DNA of 64,000 bases from an uncultured Methylococcaceae bacterium (lineage in GTDB: Bacteria > Pseudomonadota > Gammaproteobacteria > Methylococcales > Methylomonadaceae), in contig CAZEVO010000008.1 of NCBI GenBank assembly GCA_964515235.1, forward strand, positions 1,542 to 65,541. The letters run 5' to 3'. Below, in pieces: positions 1-10,708 of the stretch (positions are counted from its first letter, which is position 1; the number at the start of each line of letters is the position of its first letter). Below the pieces are notes generated by a model. That model worked only from the letters and a program-made list of their open reading frames with translations, was not told where the DNA came from and did not search any database. A program made the position numbers and the translations under genes.

Positions 1-129
1 AAATTCGCCCAACGGACAAAAGCACACAAACCCAGAGGAAATAATTTAGCCAAACTACCGGATGACTCAGTAATAATTTTAAACTGTCCTGAACCCAGTT
101 CAAGAAAGTAATCTCAGATTTTGTCATCT

Positions 130-1146
130 TTAGAAAGATCTAATTTTCTGTATCCCTACAGAGGCGCGAATCTCCTCCATAAAAGGGACGCTGACTTCCC
201 GTGCTCTTACTGCACCTTCTGTAAGCGCCTGTTCTATTACATCGGGAGACTTAATCAATTCATCATAGCGCTCTCTAGCAGGCGCAATCTGATCGTTAAT
301 ATATTCGAACAGATGTTTTTTCATTTCACCCCAGGCAATCCCTTCCGCGTAACGTACCCGCATCTCTTCAAGTTCAGAATCCGTCGCAAAAGCCTGATAG
401 ATACTAAATAAAGTACAGCTATCTGGGTCTTTAGGCTCGCCTGGCTCCAAAGAATTAGTTTTAATCTTATTTATCAATTTACGAAACTTCTTTTCCGGTG
501 CAAACAATGGAATCGTATTATTATAGCTTTTGCTCATCTTACGACCATCTAACCCAGATAGTGTGGCAGCATTGTCTTCGACTACAGCCTCGGGTAAAAC
601 AAAGTGCTCACCAAAGATATGATTAAAACGACCGGCAATATCCCGCGCCATCTCAATATGTTGAATTTGATCTTTACCGACCGGAACTTTATGAGCATTA
701 AACATTAAAATATCTGCCGCCATTAAGACAGGATAACTAAAAAGTCCCATCGTTATCCCTTTATCAGGGTCAGCCCCCCCTTCTTGCTCATTTTCATCCA
801 CCGATGCCTTATAGGCATGTGCTCTGTTCATTAATCCTTTCGATGTCACGCATGTCAACATCCAAGTTAATTCAAGGATTTCTGGAACGTCTGACTGACG
901 ATAGAAAATCGCATTTGAGGTATCAAGACCTAAAGCCATCCAAGTGGCAGCAATTTCCAAGCTCGACTGCCGAACTCGTTCCGGTTCATGACATTTAATC
1001 AATGCATGATAATCTGCTAAGAAATAATAAGGCATCACCTGGGCATCATTACTTGCAGTAATTGCAGGCCTTATTGCTCCGACATAATTACCAAGATGCG
1101 GTGTTCCTGTTGTCGTAATCCCGGTTAGAACGGTTTGTTTACTCAT
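130..1146 (-). CDS. trpS: tryptophan--tRNA ligase
   Basis: Class-I aaRS signatures 'TPHLGNYVGA' (HIGH-type) and 'KMSKS'. Length is about 338 aa from the internal ATG at 1146 (MSKQTVLTG...). The 26-codon upstream extension of the ORF has no homolog-like sequence. Confidence 0.93.
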   Translation of the reverse strand: MSKQTVLTGITTTGTPHLGNYVGAIRPAITASNDAQVMPYYFLADYHALIKCHEPERVRQSSLEIAATWMALGLDTSNAIFYRQSDVPEILELTWMLTCVTSKGLMNRAHAYKASVDENEQEGGADPDKGITMGLFSYPVLMAADILMFNAHKVPVGKDQIQHIEMARDIAGRFNHIFGEHFVLPEAVVEDNAATLSGLDGRKMSKSYNNTIPLFAPEKKFRKLINKIKTNSLEPGEPKDPDSCTLFSIYQAFATDSELEEMRVRYAEGIAWGEMKKHLFEYINDQIAPARERYDELIKSPDVIEQALTEGAVRAREVSVPFMEEIRASVGIQKIRSF

Positions 1147-1422
1147 GGGTTTATCCAATATTAATACTAGCCTCGCGGCTAACTGATAAGTAGATGACTC
1201 TGTTAATGACAGCATCCGATACATAGGGCGTGTTCGACAATTATTAGAACTAGCCTCATTTAGCAGGTTAATATGCCATAGTATGCTCTGAATAGCTAGA
1301 TTACCCAGCCACTCTACTGATAGAAAAGATCATCAAACGCAAAATATTTTTTTATAGTAAAATTAAAAATCGCTAGAACGATTATAAGCCTGCCCTTTAT
1401 TAACCACTCAGCCCACTAACCC

Positions 1423-1704
1423 ATGCCCTTATTCTTTAAAAAACCATCTACTGCCATCCCGCTCTCCTATCGTTTCGTTGACTCTAACCAATATCATCAA
1501 GCGCTCTGCACAATGCAGAATGATAATAAGTTAATTTTCAGAACAGAATCCGCCATTGAAACCGGTTGGGTCATAGAGGCTACCTTAAGTCCCCAACAAT
1601 CACCTGATGTTTCTTTTACTGCCTTAATCGAAGTGGAATCAAGCACACGTATAAACCGCAAATATTTTGAAATTAATGCTATGATCAGCACCATTAAGGC
1701 GTAA
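1423..1704 (+). CDS. hypothetical 93-aa protein (orphan ORF)
   Basis: It is the only sizeable ORF in the 600-nt stretch between trpS and queD. There is no recognisable Shine-Dalgarno sequence before the ATG and I recognise no motif. A 72-aa ORF overlaps it on the opposite strand. Confidence 0.3.
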   Translation: MPLFFKKPSTAIPLSYRFVDSNQYHQALCTMQNDNKLIFRTESAIETGWVIEATLSPQQSPDVSFTALIEVESSTRINRKYFEINAMISTIKA

Positions 1705-1748
1705 AAAAACCTCAACCTCTTCGCTCAAAATCAACAGTTAACTGATTT

Positions 1749-2153
1749 ATGTATTCAATTACTAAAGAAATCTATTTCTGCTACGGTCACCGATTAATGC
1801 ACCACGAGGGTAAATGCCGGCACCTTCATGGCCATAGTGTAAAAGCAGCCATTACTGTTACCGCCCAAGAACTCAATAGACAGGGAATGGTCTGTGATTT
1901 TTCAGATATAAAAGCCAGTGCCAACACCTTTATAGAACAGCAATTGGATCATAATTTTCTAGTTTTTAAAGATGACCCACTCATTCCGTGGCTTAAGCAA
2001 AACAACGAACGCTTCATGCCTTTAGATGAACACCCAACCGCCGAAGTTCTTGCTAAAATGATCTACCTTTACATGAAAAAACAAGGATTTACCGTGGAAA
2101 AAGTAATCCTCTGGGAAACAGATAGCTCCTACGCTTGCTATCGTGAATCCTAA
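1749..2153 (+). CDS. queD: 6-carboxy-5,6,7,8-tetrahydropterin synthase (queuosine pathway)
   Basis: 134 aa with the PTPS-family zinc/catalytic pattern 'FCYGHRL...CRHLHGHS'. The size is typical of QueD. Confidence 0.88.
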   Translation: MYSITKEIYFCYGHRLMHHEGKCRHLHGHSVKAAITVTAQELNRQGMVCDFSDIKASANTFIEQQLDHNFLVFKDDPLIPWLKQNNERFMPLDEHPTAEVLAKMIYLYMKKQGFTVEKVILWETDSSYACYRES

Positions 2154-2155
2154 CA

Positions 2156-2605
2156 ATGTCAAAATTAAACCTCATCAATAAATCCTTTTGCTTGGAAAAA
2201 ATTTGCGAATCTAATTACCAGAAACTACTCAGGTTGATACCCCATATTGGCCAGATCAAAGAATCTGCAATTGGGCAATCAAATGCTCCCTTAGAGTTAC
2301 ATTTATCAGTCATTGACCGTGCCCCTTACACCTTAACCTTAGAACTCAGCCACTGTTTTGATCAACACAAAAAACATACCTTCGAACCCGCTGTTAATAT
2401 CAAGGTTTACTTAGATGCACAAATGGTTGAAGTCATCCGTCACCACGAACGATCCCATGTGTTTCAAGCTATTAAGAACGCACGGCAATCTGTTGCTATC
2501 ATGGACTACAAATGGTCTTTAAATTATTTCCTCGGCCAATGGCTCGATCATTGTCTAAAAAACAACTATCATTTCAAATATCCAGAGCCACTCACCAGCC
2601 ATTAA
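2156..2605 (+). CDS. DUF1249 (YqiB-like) family protein
   Basis: 149 aa. The N-terminal 'ICESNYQKLLRLIP' resembles the conserved start of the DUF1249/YqiB family (recall-based). It starts 2 nt after the queD stop. Confidence 0.55.
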   Translation: MSKLNLINKSFCLEKICESNYQKLLRLIPHIGQIKESAIGQSNAPLELHLSVIDRAPYTLTLELSHCFDQHKKHTFEPAVNIKVYLDAQMVEVIRHHERSHVFQAIKNARQSVAIMDYKWSLNYFLGQWLDHCLKNNYHFKYPEPLTSH

Positions 2606-2606
2606 A

Positions 2607-4769
2607 TCAAGCGACCACTTCTTTTTGTAAAGCAGCCTTAACACACCGAATAATACCGTAACTATAGGCTCCATCTAGAGCATCATAAACACCTCGTAAG
2701 GTCTGGCTTTGTCGATCACCGCCTACCTCTATAATTGCTTGTTCAACAACCGTAATTTCTGGCTTTGACAGAGGAACCACTTCAGTCAGCTCAACTGATC
2801 CGATAAGTAACCCTTCAGCCAAGTGTGCATAAACCGTATCCACTGTTATCTGTCTTCTTTCGGCAATAGATTCGACAGACAATCCTGCCATAAAAAAATC
2901 TAATGTAGTTATAACCGTTTCGGTCATCTGCTGATCATATCTAGGCTTAATAAAGCGCTCAATAACTGCTAAAAACTGATCACCGTATAACGCCAACTTT
3001 CGCTCCCCAACACCGGATAACTGCCTGAATTGCTCCTTGTTACTTGGCAACTGATCTTTCATTTGAACCAATGTGGCATCATGAAAAATCTGATACGGGG
3101 GGACTTTTTGTAACGCTGCTATTTCCCAGCGTTTAGCGCGTAAAGCATCCCAAAGCCTTTTTTCCCGACGACTAGCACCGCCCAGACTTACATGGCTTCC
3201 CTTATAACTTTGCTTAGTGACCTGCTCTTTTCGTAAAATCAAGGCTGCTTCACCACGTAAAACAGACCGGCATTGCTCGGTTAAGTGATAACTTCCATGT
3301 CCTTCTAGATCAACTGCTATCAATCCTCTAGCCAAAAGTTGGCGATAAATAGAACGCCATTGCCCTCGTGTTCTATCTGCGCCCAACCCAAATACAGTTT
3401 CCTTATCATGGCCAAAATGTTTCACCCGATCGTTTACTTTACCTTGAAGTACATCGACTAGGTACTCTACACCAAAACGTTGTCCGGTTCGATAAATACA
3501 AGAAAGGGCTTGTTGCCCGGCAACCGTACCATCCCAAGTTTCAACTGGGTCCAAGCAGGTATCACAATTATTACAAGAAACGCCCTCACCAGACTCTCCA
3601 AAATAGGTCAATAAAACCTGTCGTCGACACGCTATTTGCTCACACAACGCTAACATAGCATCCAATTTTTGTCGTTCAACTTGCTTTTGTACATCGCCTA
3701 GCGTTAATGACTGACTCACCATTTGCCGCAAGGTAACCACATCTTGCAAACCATAGACCATCCAGGCATTTGCGGGCAATCCATCTCTACCTGCACGCCC
3801 AGTTTCCTGATAATAAGATTCAATACTTTTAGGTAGGTCAAGATGCGCAACGAACCTTACATTAGGCTTATCAATCCCCATACCAAAAGCAATCGTTGCA
3901 ACCATGACCACCCCTTCCTCACGCAAAAAACGTAATTGATTAGTCTGTCGGTCTTCTGGTTTCATACCCGCATGATATGGTAAAGCCGTGACTCCCTGAT
4001 GACTTAACCGGCTTGCTGTGGCCTCAACTTTTTTTCTCGATAAACAATAAACAATACCCGCATCACCACGGTGCTCTTGCTGAATAAAAGCCAATAGTTG
4101 TTCGTAAGGCCGTTGTTTATGCAAAATTCGATAGCGTATATTAGGACGATCAAAACCTGCCTTAAAAACCTGATCTTTACCTATTGCCAAGCGGCTAATA
4201 ATTTCCTGCTGCGTTCGCGGATCTGCAGTAGCCGTCAAGGCCATAATCGGCACCTGAGGAAAATGCTCGGACAACACCGACAATTTCAAATAACTTTCTC
4301 GAAAATCATGCCCCCATTGTGAAACACAGTGCGCTTCATCTACTGCAAACAATGAGACCTTAACCGTCTTAAGAAAAGTCAGAAGTCGCCCTAACACAAG
4401 ACGCTCCGGAGTAACATACAGCAATTGCAACTCATTTCCTTGTAACGACGATTCTACTGCCTTCGTTTCTGCTACGGTCTGCATAGAATTTAATGTGGCA
4501 GCCTTAACACCAGCCTGATGTAATGCGCTCACCTGATCCTGCATCAGCGCAATTAAAGGTGAAATAACAACGCCTACACCACCGCTGACTAATGGAGGAA
4601 TTTGATAACACAATGATTTTCCACCGCCAGTGGGCATTAATACGAGAGAATTTTTACCCTGCAAGGTATGATCAATAATCGCTTCTTGAAGCCCTCGAAA
4701 ACTATCGTAGCCAAAAACAGTTTCAAGGACTAATTTCGCCTTATCAAGATAATTTTTATTTTCAATCAC
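2607..4769 (-). CDS. recQ: ATP-dependent DNA helicase RecQ with an extra C-terminal HTH-like domain
   Basis: Walker A 'PTGGGKS', DEAH box '[15 protein letters not shown]', RQC zinc motif 'C..C..CNNCDTC' and an HRDC region. At 720 aa it is about 110 aa longer than E. coli RecQ. Confidence 0.95.
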   Translation of the reverse strand: MIENKNYLDKAKLVLETVFGYDSFRGLQEAIIDHTLQGKNSLVLMPTGGGKSLCYQIPPLVSGGVGVVISPLIALMQDQVSALHQAGVKAATLNSMQTVAETKAVESSLQGNELQLLYVTPERLVLGRLLTFLKTVKVSLFAVDEAHCVSQWGHDFRESYLKLSVLSEHFPQVPIMALTATADPRTQQEIISRLAIGKDQVFKAGFDRPNIRYRILHKQRPYEQLLAFIQQEHRGDAGIVYCLSRKKVEATASRLSHQGVTALPYHAGMKPEDRQTNQLRFLREEGVVMVATIAFGMGIDKPNVRFVAHLDLPKSIESYYQETGRAGRDGLPANAWMVYGLQDVVTLRQMVSQSLTLGDVQKQVERQKLDAMLALCEQIACRRQVLLTYFGESGEGVSCNNCDTCLDPVETWDGTVAGQQALSCIYRTGQRFGVEYLVDVLQGKVNDRVKHFGHDKETVFGLGADRTRGQWRSIYRQLLARGLIAVDLEGHGSYHLTEQCRSVLRGEAALILRKEQVTKQSYKGSHVSLGGASRREKRLWDALRAKRWEIAALQKVPPYQIFHDATLVQMKDQLPSNKEQFRQLSGVGERKLALYGDQFLAVIERFIKPRYDQQMTETVITTLDFFMAGLSVESIAERRQITVDTVYAHLAEGLLIGSVELTEVVPLSKPEITVVEQAIIEVGGDRQSQTLRGVYDALDGAYSYGIIRCVKAALQKEVVA

Positions 4770-4877
4770 ATCAAGGTTTTTCTAATCGGCATTTCAATCT
4801 ATAATGGCTCGCTATTATAACTGTATTGCAACACATACGGACGAGCCCCACTATTTTTTCACAAGGATCACGCTATT

Positions 4878-6455
4878 TTGGATACCCTTACGCCGAAACG
4901 TTTCAGCCAATTAATCGACGCTGGCCATGAAAAACTTATTATAGGGGGACTCACCGGCATTGAAAAAGAAAACCTAAGATTATCGCAAGCGGGCTTTATC
5001 GCTCAAACGCCGCACCCTGAACCCTTTGGTGCAGCTCTGACTCACAACTGTATTACAACAGATTATTCTGAAGCATTAATGGAGTTAATCACTCCACCTC
5101 AGCCTAAAATAACAGAGTCGTTAAATTATCTTAACCAGATTCATCAATTTGTCTACGACCACCTTCCAGATGAATTTTTACTAGCCGCCAGTATGCCTTG
5201 TGGCATAGATGGTGATCGTAGTATTCCTATCGCTCAATATGGCTCATCTAATATTGGACAGATGAAACATATCTATCGACAAGGTCTTGGTCACCGTTAC
5301 GGACGAACCATGCAGGCGATAGCTGGCATCCACTTCAATTACTCCATCCCCGAACAACTTTGGCCAGCATTACAAACCTTAACTCAGTCTTCACTCCCCG
5401 ACCAAGACTTCATTGCTGAACAATATTTTAATCTGATTCGAAATTTCTTAAATCAAGGCTGGCTACTACTTTATTTATTTGGCGCATCACCAGCCATTTG
5501 CAAGAATTTCTTTAAAGACCGTCCTTTAATCGATAATTTTTTTGAACCTTTTGATGATCATACGCTTTACCTGCCATACGCGACATCCCTTAGAATGAGT
5601 GATATCGGTTATAAAAGTAACAATCAGGCAAGTCTGGAAATTGATTACAATAACTTATTAGATTATGTGCATAGCTTAACCGCCGCCATTGAAACGCCTT
5701 ATGCTGATTATAAAAAAATTGGACTTAAAAAGAACGGTGAATATCTACAACTCAACACCAATATCTTACAAATAGAAAATGAATTTTATAACACGATACG
5801 CCCTAAGCAGATTAGTGCATCTGGCGAAAAACCAACCTTAGCGTTACAACGCCGAGGTATAAAATACGTAGAAATTCGTTCACTCGATCTTGATATTTTC
5901 CAACCTACTGGCATCGAAACCAATACCGCCCATTTTTTAGAAGCCTTTTTACTCACCTGCTTATTTCAGGAAAGTACGCCATACACTAAAAACCAACAAC
6001 AGTTGAATAATGAAAACCTATCAACCGTTGCTCATGAAGGTCGTCGTCCTGATTTATTATTAAAACAGAACGGCAATAAAATAACCCTTAAAGCATGGGC
6101 TCTTAACATTCTTAACAGCATGTCCTCTATTTGTCAGGTCTTGGACCAAGGCACAACAAACACCCCTTACCAAAAAGCCTTAAACCAACAAATAAACCGC
6201 GTCAACAACCCTGACCTGACTCCATCGGCTCAAATTTTAGCGGATATGCGTAAAACCCAACAACCCTTTGCACGATTTGCTATTGCACAATCACGCCGAC
6301 ATGAACATTTCTACCGTAGCCAACAACTTAATCAAGAAGAATCAGAAATGTTCCTTAGAATGTCAATTCAATCAAAAAAACGCTTAGTCGAAATTGAAAA
6401 AAACGATCATATAAGTTTTGATGATTTTCTGGCACAATATTTCAAACAACAGTAA
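4878..6455 (+). CDS. gshA: glutamate--cysteine ligase (type 1)
   Basis: 525 aa and collinear with E. coli GshA from the N-terminus ('GIEKENLRL' compared with 'GLERETLRV'). The start is TTG, with AGGA about 10 nt upstream. The next in-frame Met is too far downstream to be the start. Confidence 0.88.
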   Translation: MDTLTPKRFSQLIDAGHEKLIIGGLTGIEKENLRLSQAGFIAQTPHPEPFGAALTHNCITTDYSEALMELITPPQPKITESLNYLNQIHQFVYDHLPDEFLLAASMPCGIDGDRSIPIAQYGSSNIGQMKHIYRQGLGHRYGRTMQAIAGIHFNYSIPEQLWPALQTLTQSSLPDQDFIAEQYFNLIRNFLNQGWLLLYLFGASPAICKNFFKDRPLIDNFFEPFDDHTLYLPYATSLRMSDIGYKSNNQASLEIDYNNLLDYVHSLTAAIETPYADYKKIGLKKNGEYLQLNTNILQIENEFYNTIRPKQISASGEKPTLALQRRGIKYVEIRSLDLDIFQPTGIETNTAHFLEAFLLTCLFQESTPYTKNQQQLNNENLSTVAHEGRRPDLLLKQNGNKITLKAWALNILNSMSSICQVLDQGTTNTPYQKALNQQINRVNNPDLTPSAQILADMRKTQQPFARFAIAQSRRHEHFYRSQQLNQEESEMFLRMSIQSKKRLVEIEKNDHISFDDFLAQYFKQQ

Positions 6456-6468
6456 TTTATTAATTGCC

Positions 6469-7191
6469 ATGGTCGAAAACTCACTAAACACATCAGAATT
6501 ACAATTAGAACTAGCGGACAAATCACCACGTACCATTCTAAAAAAGGCATTCGAGAAATTTGATAATATCGCCTTATCATTTAGCGGTGCTGAAGATGTC
6601 GTTTTAATTGACATGGCATTGAATATTAAAAAAAATATCCAAGTATTTTCACTGGACACTGGCCGTCTACACCCTGAAACTTATCAATTCATAGAACAGG
6701 TCCGCAACCATTATCAAATCAATATTGAATTATTAACCCCAGACTACAAAACACTCGATCATTTTGTTCAGCAAAAAGGGCTTTTCAGTTTTTTTAATGA
6801 CGGTCATCAGGAATGTTGTGGCATTAGAAAAGTCCAACCTTTACAGAGAAAACTACAGAATCTTGATGCTTGGATAACAGGTCAGCGCATGGATCAAAGT
6901 TTGGACACACGGCAAAATTTACCGGCCATACAAGAAGACTCAACCTTCTCAACCGAACACCACTCGCTTATTAAATTTAACCCTTTAGCTAAATGGAGTT
7001 CCCAACAGGTCTGGGATTATATTGAAGCCTATCAGGTTCCCTTTAATACACTCCATAGTAAAGGCTTTATCAGTATTGGTTGTGAACCCTGTACACGAAG
7101 CATTATTCCTAATCAACACGAACGCAGTGGCCGTTGGTGGTGGGAAACAGACAAAAAAGAGTGCGGCCTTCATGCCGGCAATCTTAAATAA
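6469..7191 (+). CDS. cysH: adenylyl-sulfate (APS)/PAPS reductase, Fe-S type, thioredoxin-dependent
   Basis: PP-loop-like 'SFSGAEDVV', cluster cysteines 'ECCGIRK' and 'CEPCT', and C-terminal catalytic 'ECGLH'. The CC...CxxC set is characteristic of APS-reducing CysH. Start chosen at ATG 6469, after the gshA stop. Confidence 0.9.
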   Translation: MVENSLNTSELQLELADKSPRTILKKAFEKFDNIALSFSGAEDVVLIDMALNIKKNIQVFSLDTGRLHPETYQFIEQVRNHYQINIELLTPDYKTLDHFVQQKGLFSFFNDGHQECCGIRKVQPLQRKLQNLDAWITGQRMDQSLDTRQNLPAIQEDSTFSTEHHSLIKFNPLAKWSSQQVWDYIEAYQVPFNTLHSKGFISIGCEPCTRSIIPNQHERSGRWWWETDKKECGLHAGNLK

Positions 7192-7235
7192 AAAAATTAA
7201 CTTTTCTACCCATACCTAATCGTTAAATAAAGATC

Positions 7236-7610
7236 ATGTCTAATAATAACCTAACTCTTCACCACGTTAGCCTATTGGTTCAAGATACCGAAAAATCTGT
7301 TGATTTCTACCAACAAATTCTCAAGCTAGAGCGTATTACTCGCCCAGACTTGGAATACCCCGGCGCTTGGTTTCAGATTGGCAATCAACAAATGCACCTT
7401 ATTGAACTCAGCAACCCCGACCCCATTTCCGGTCGCCCGAAACACGGTGGTCATGACCGCCACGTTGCATTCACAGTGGGCAACATTGATCTCATCGTAA
7501 AAGAGCTTGATGAAAATAATGTTGGTTACAGCCTAAGCCGCTCAGGACGCCGCGCCCTGTTCTTCCGTGACCTTGATGCTAATGCTATTGAGATTTTCGA
7601 ACAACCCTAA
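7236..7610 (+). CDS. VOC (glyoxalase/bleomycin-resistance/dioxygenase) family protein
   Basis: 124 aa with the typical VOC start 'LHHVSLLV.D...S..FY' and metal-ligand His/Glu spacing. Confidence 0.8.
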   Translation: MSNNNLTLHHVSLLVQDTEKSVDFYQQILKLERITRPDLEYPGAWFQIGNQQMHLIELSNPDPISGRPKHGGHDRHVAFTVGNIDLIVKELDENNVGYSLSRSGRRALFFRDLDANAIEIFEQP

Positions 7611-7624
7611 CGTTAACTAATACT

Positions 7625-7655
7625 GAAAGCTGCGGCCATTATAACCACAGCTTTC
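7625..7655. terminator. stem-loop between convergent VOC and bcp genes
   Basis: The arm gaaagctgcgg pairs with ccacagctttc at 10 of 11 positions, with a 9-nt loop. There is no clean U-tract on either side. Confidence 0.4.
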
Positions 7656-7671
7656 TACTAGAAAAGTCCAT

Positions 7672-8148
7672 TTAAGGTCGATAATGTAATTGTTTTACAC
7701 GCTCTAAAACCGCTTCGGCATGGCCCTCATGATTTACCCCGTAATAAGCCTCAACCAGTTCACCTTCTTTGTTAATAATAAAGGTTGATCGAAGAATTGC
7801 CATCTTAGTTACACCCGCTCTTACCTTCTCACGCCAGACGTCATAGTCTGCACATAATTTACCGCTGACATCAGATAATAAGGCGATATTTAATTTAAAT
7901 TTTTTAATAAAATCCTGGTGACTTTCACAACTATCCTTACTAGCCCCTAATACAACAGTATCAAAAGCGGAAAAATCCTTTGCTAAACGAGTGAAATCAT
8001 TCGCTTCAATCGTACACCCTGGCGTATCATCTTTAGGGTAAAAATATAACACAACATTACGCTTACCCTGATAATCGTCAAGACTTATATTTTTACCATC
8101 CTCATTATCAACAGAAAAAGCTGGTGCTTTTTGGCCTTTTACTAACAT
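7672..8148 (-). CDS. bcp: thioredoxin-dependent peroxiredoxin Bcp
   Basis: 'YFYPKDDTPGCT' peroxidatic-Cys motif. Start set at the second ATG (8148) because GGGGGAG lies 5 nt upstream of it. Confidence 0.9.
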   Translation of the reverse strand: MLVKGQKAPAFSVDNEDGKNISLDDYQGKRNVVLYFYPKDDTPGCTIEANDFTRLAKDFSAFDTVVLGASKDSCESHQDFIKKFKLNIALLSDVSGKLCADYDVWREKVRAGVTKMAILRSTFIINKEGELVEAYYGVNHEGHAEAVLERVKQLHYRP

Positions 8149-8254
8149 AATCTCCCCCATTATTTATCATTCACCGTTTTCAATGACTATACGATCAAAA
8201 CCGTACCATTTTTTCCTTACAAAAAACATCCTGTCAAAAAACTCCAAAAAACTT

Positions 8255-8935
8255 TTATTGGCTCGATAATACTTCAACGTCACCCTCAACACCTATATAA
8301 ATAGATGATGCTAAGTTACGAAAGATACCATGCTCAATAACCCCTGGCATTGCATTCAAAACATTATCTATTTCTTCAGGCGTAAAAGAGAAGCCAAAAT
8401 CAACATCTAAAACTAAATTACCATAACTTGTCATCGCTAGCCCACTGTTATTGGCATTGGCCCGTAATGTTCCTTCTACACCTATTCGTCGTAATGCTTT
8501 AGCCACCAAATGCCACGAAAAAGGAATCACCTCAACAGGAACAGGAAATCGTTCCCCAATCTGCTGAACACGCTTACTCTGGTCAATCAAAACGATAAAC
8601 TTATCTGCCGCCGTTGCTAAAATTTTTTCTCGGACTAAGTCAGCTCCCTGACCTTTCGATAAGATCAAATCATCAGTCACCTCATCAGCACCATCGACAT
8701 AATAATCAAGCTGCTTTAAATGTTCTATTGCAACAATCGGCAAGCCTAAATCTTGAGCCTTCTGCATACTTACAATAGAACTCGCCACTGTTTTAACCGC
8801 CAAACCCTCTTCTTGATGACGTGTAGCCAAAGCCTCAATAAAACAGTCGGCACTAGAACCTGTTCCCAATCCAACCACCATACCGTGACTGATTTCCATC
8901 GCAGCCTTTTTTGCTACTCGTTCTTTATCATTCAT
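8255..8935 (-). CDS. rpiA: ribose-5-phosphate isomerase A
   Basis: 'GLGTGSS' and 'DGADEV' RpiA motifs; 226 aa. Confidence 0.93.
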   Translation of the reverse strand: MNDKERVAKKAAMEISHGMVVGLGTGSSADCFIEALATRHQEEGLAVKTVASSIVSMQKAQDLGLPIVAIEHLKQLDYYVDGADEVTDDLILSKGQGADLVREKILATAADKFIVLIDQSKRVQQIGERFPVPVEVIPFSWHLVAKALRRIGVEGTLRANANNSGLAMTSYGNLVLDVDFGFSFTPEEIDNVLNAMPGVIEHGIFRNLASSIYIGVEGDVEVLSSQ

Positions 8936-8973
8936 GAGTACCTCACAAAACCAAATTTACAACATTAAACACA

Positions 8974-9774
8974 TCAAGGTTCAACTCTAACAGTTTGTGA
9001 GAAAGTATTTCCATCAGTATCTCTCACTTCAGCACGCAATTCACCCGATGCCTGAGGAATAAAATAAAATCTAAAATTAGGGTCTGCGCTAATTGCAATA
9101 TCGGTCTTAGCGGTTAGTACCGGCTGACCATCGAAGGTTACCCTCACTTGCTCTACATAATAAGCAGGACGTATAAAACGAGTGACCTGATCCATTTGCA
9201 TCCCAGTAATATTCGGGTGACTAATCAATAGTTGTGCTAAATTTGGCTCATTAGACTGGGCAGCACTAGGAAACTTAAACTTCATTCTCCCAAGTCGTTT
9301 CATTGCCGCATCCAGATCGGCGCCAATCGGGGCCGAACAACCGCCGCTGGCTTTAACAAACTTTTTCACCATGATCAGTTGACCATCATTCATTTCTGCT
9401 ATGGCACGCACATAACTGTAGGTATTAACTCGAAGGCGCATTGCTACATCAGCCTTGCCACTAAGCGGAGTAAAATTAAATTCAGCAGCAAACGGTATTG
9501 GATTTTTATCCACAATCAGGGTAATTTTTTTAATATACTTCTGATTTGTCTGCTTGATTTTACTTGTAATTCTAATAGGAACCAGCGCAGCATCTTCAGC
9601 ACGATAGGGTGCCTCAATAGCAATAACATTATCCGCTTCACTAATCGAACGACCTGAAAAAAACTGTGCCTTCAAGTCATTTTTCCAAACTGTATCATCC
9701 ACACTTGCAGAAACACTATTAACAAAAAATAAGATAAAAAAACTTGTAACCACTCGTACTATTATCATAATCAC
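8974..9774 (-). CDS. periplasmic fused SoxY-like/SoxZ-like carrier protein (resembles the 'quinoprotein dehydrogenase-associated SoxYZ-like carrier' family)
   Basis: Signal peptide (...VNSVSA|S). The single cysteine of the protein lies in 'KASGGCSAPIG' (codon 9337-9339), the SoxY-type GGC carrier motif. Here it sits at a domain junction and is followed by a beta-rich SoxZ-like half. The family assignment is from recall. Confidence 0.65.
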   Translation of the reverse strand: MIMIIVRVVTSFFILFFVNSVSASVDDTVWKNDLKAQFFSGRSISEADNVIAIEAPYRAEDAALVPIRITSKIKQTNQKYIKKITLIVDKNPIPFAAEFNFTPLSGKADVAMRLRVNTYSYVRAIAEMNDGQLIMVKKFVKASGGCSAPIGADLDAAMKRLGRMKFKFPSAAQSNEPNLAQLLISHPNITGMQMDQVTRFIRPAYYVEQVRVTFDGQPVLTAKTDIAISADPNFRFYFIPQASGELRAEVRDTDGNTFSQTVRVEP

Positions 9775-9781
9775 CCCTTAA

Positions 9782-10708
9782 TTAGTCTTCCCATTCTAGT
9801 TCCGCAAAAACTTGCGTTATATTTTTCTTATGGAAGTCATTAAATAATGCCCATTGGCTTTTTGTTGTTCGACCCACCTCAGCGATTGCCTGTTCAATAA
9901 ACTTTCCTTGCCTTATCATCGCTCGCACCTCTTTCAATAACATATTCAAATAATCCTGCTGGGTTTTTAGTGCTTCTGGCCAATGACTTAAAACTGGCCC
10001 ATGCCCGGGTATCACGCGTTTAACCTTTAGCTTGGCAAGTACGTTTAATTCTTTCAACCACCCCTTCAGACTCCCATCAATCACCGGCAAATGTTCGACA
10101 AACAATAAATCTGACAGCCACAATGTCTGGCTGTTCTGATCAAACACTGATAAGTCATTATCTGTATGAGCACTCCCATGCGCCCTTACTGTCAAAAACT
10201 TATTCCCCAAATCGAGAATTAAAGAATCAGTCACCACAATATCGGGCAATACAATATCTTGAGTTGTTAATTTTATACCCAACTGCTCTTCAGAGCGTTG
10301 TAGATAAAATGGCCCACGCGATTGTAAAGCACGCGCTAAGTTCTTATGCCCTACAAATTGCACTCCTTTGGCCTTAAAACTACGATTACCAAAAACATGG
10401 TCAGGATGTACATGACTATTAATAACATAACAAATCGGTACCTCAGTTATTTTCTCAATAGTATTTTTGAGTAAAAGTCCTTGATGAGGATTACCTCCTG
10501 AATCGAGTACAGCAACACAGGAACTTCCTACCACGAATCCAATATTAGCAATAGCTCCGTGATTTTCTCTATTAGGGAGTTCATGATGACCAAAATGAAA
10601 ATACCAGCCTGGGGCAATTTTTTGCACCACTAACGTATCCTTTGCCTGACATTTCATCGTCAGCAAGCCTAAAAATATGATCAAACTAAGTAAAACCCTC
10701 TTTTTCAT
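9782..10708 (-). CDS. periplasmic MBL-fold zinc metallohydrolase (resembles 'quinoprotein relay system zinc metallohydrolase')
   Basis: Signal peptide 'LLTMKCQA|K', metallo-beta-lactamase motif 'HVHPDH', and later 'GSAHTDND' and 'PGHGP'. Its ATG overlaps the lysR stop as ATGA. Confidence 0.8.
   Translation of the reverse strand: MKKRVLLSLIIFLGLLTMKCQAKDTLVVQKIAPGWYFHFGHHELPNRENHGAIANIGFVVGSSCVAVLDSGGNPHQGLLLKNTIEKITEVPICYVINSHVHPDHVFGNRSFKAKGVQFVGHKNLARALQSRGPFYLQRSEEQLGIKLTTQDIVLPDIVVTDSLILDLGNKFLTVRAHGSAHTDNDLSVFDQNSQTLWLSDLLFVEHLPVIDGSLKGWLKELNVLAKLKVKRVIPGHGPVLSHWPEALKTQQDYLNMLLKEVRAMIRQGKFIEQAIAEVGRTTKSQWALFNDFHKKNITQVFAELEWED

Noticed and set aside
1-111. An open frame enters from the left edge and ends at TAA 109-111 (…KFAQRTKAHKPRGNNLAKLPDDSVIILNCPEPSSRK*). 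It could be the 3' end of a + strand gene convergent with trpS.
   Set aside because: Only 36 codons are visible and there is no recognisable motif. That is too short to tell a real gene terminus from a chance open frame.
1147-1224. A 26-codon N-terminal extension of the trpS ORF (MYRMLSLTESSTYQLAARLVLILDKP).
   Set aside because: Homologous TrpS proteins begin at the equivalent of MSKQTVLTG. The extension has no counterpart and probably reflects an upstream in-frame ATG in the 5' UTR.
1705-1748. A possible preQ1 riboswitch in front of queD.
   Set aside because: The 44-nt spacer shows no P1 stem / C-rich loop / A-rich tail arrangement resembling preQ1-I or preQ1-II.
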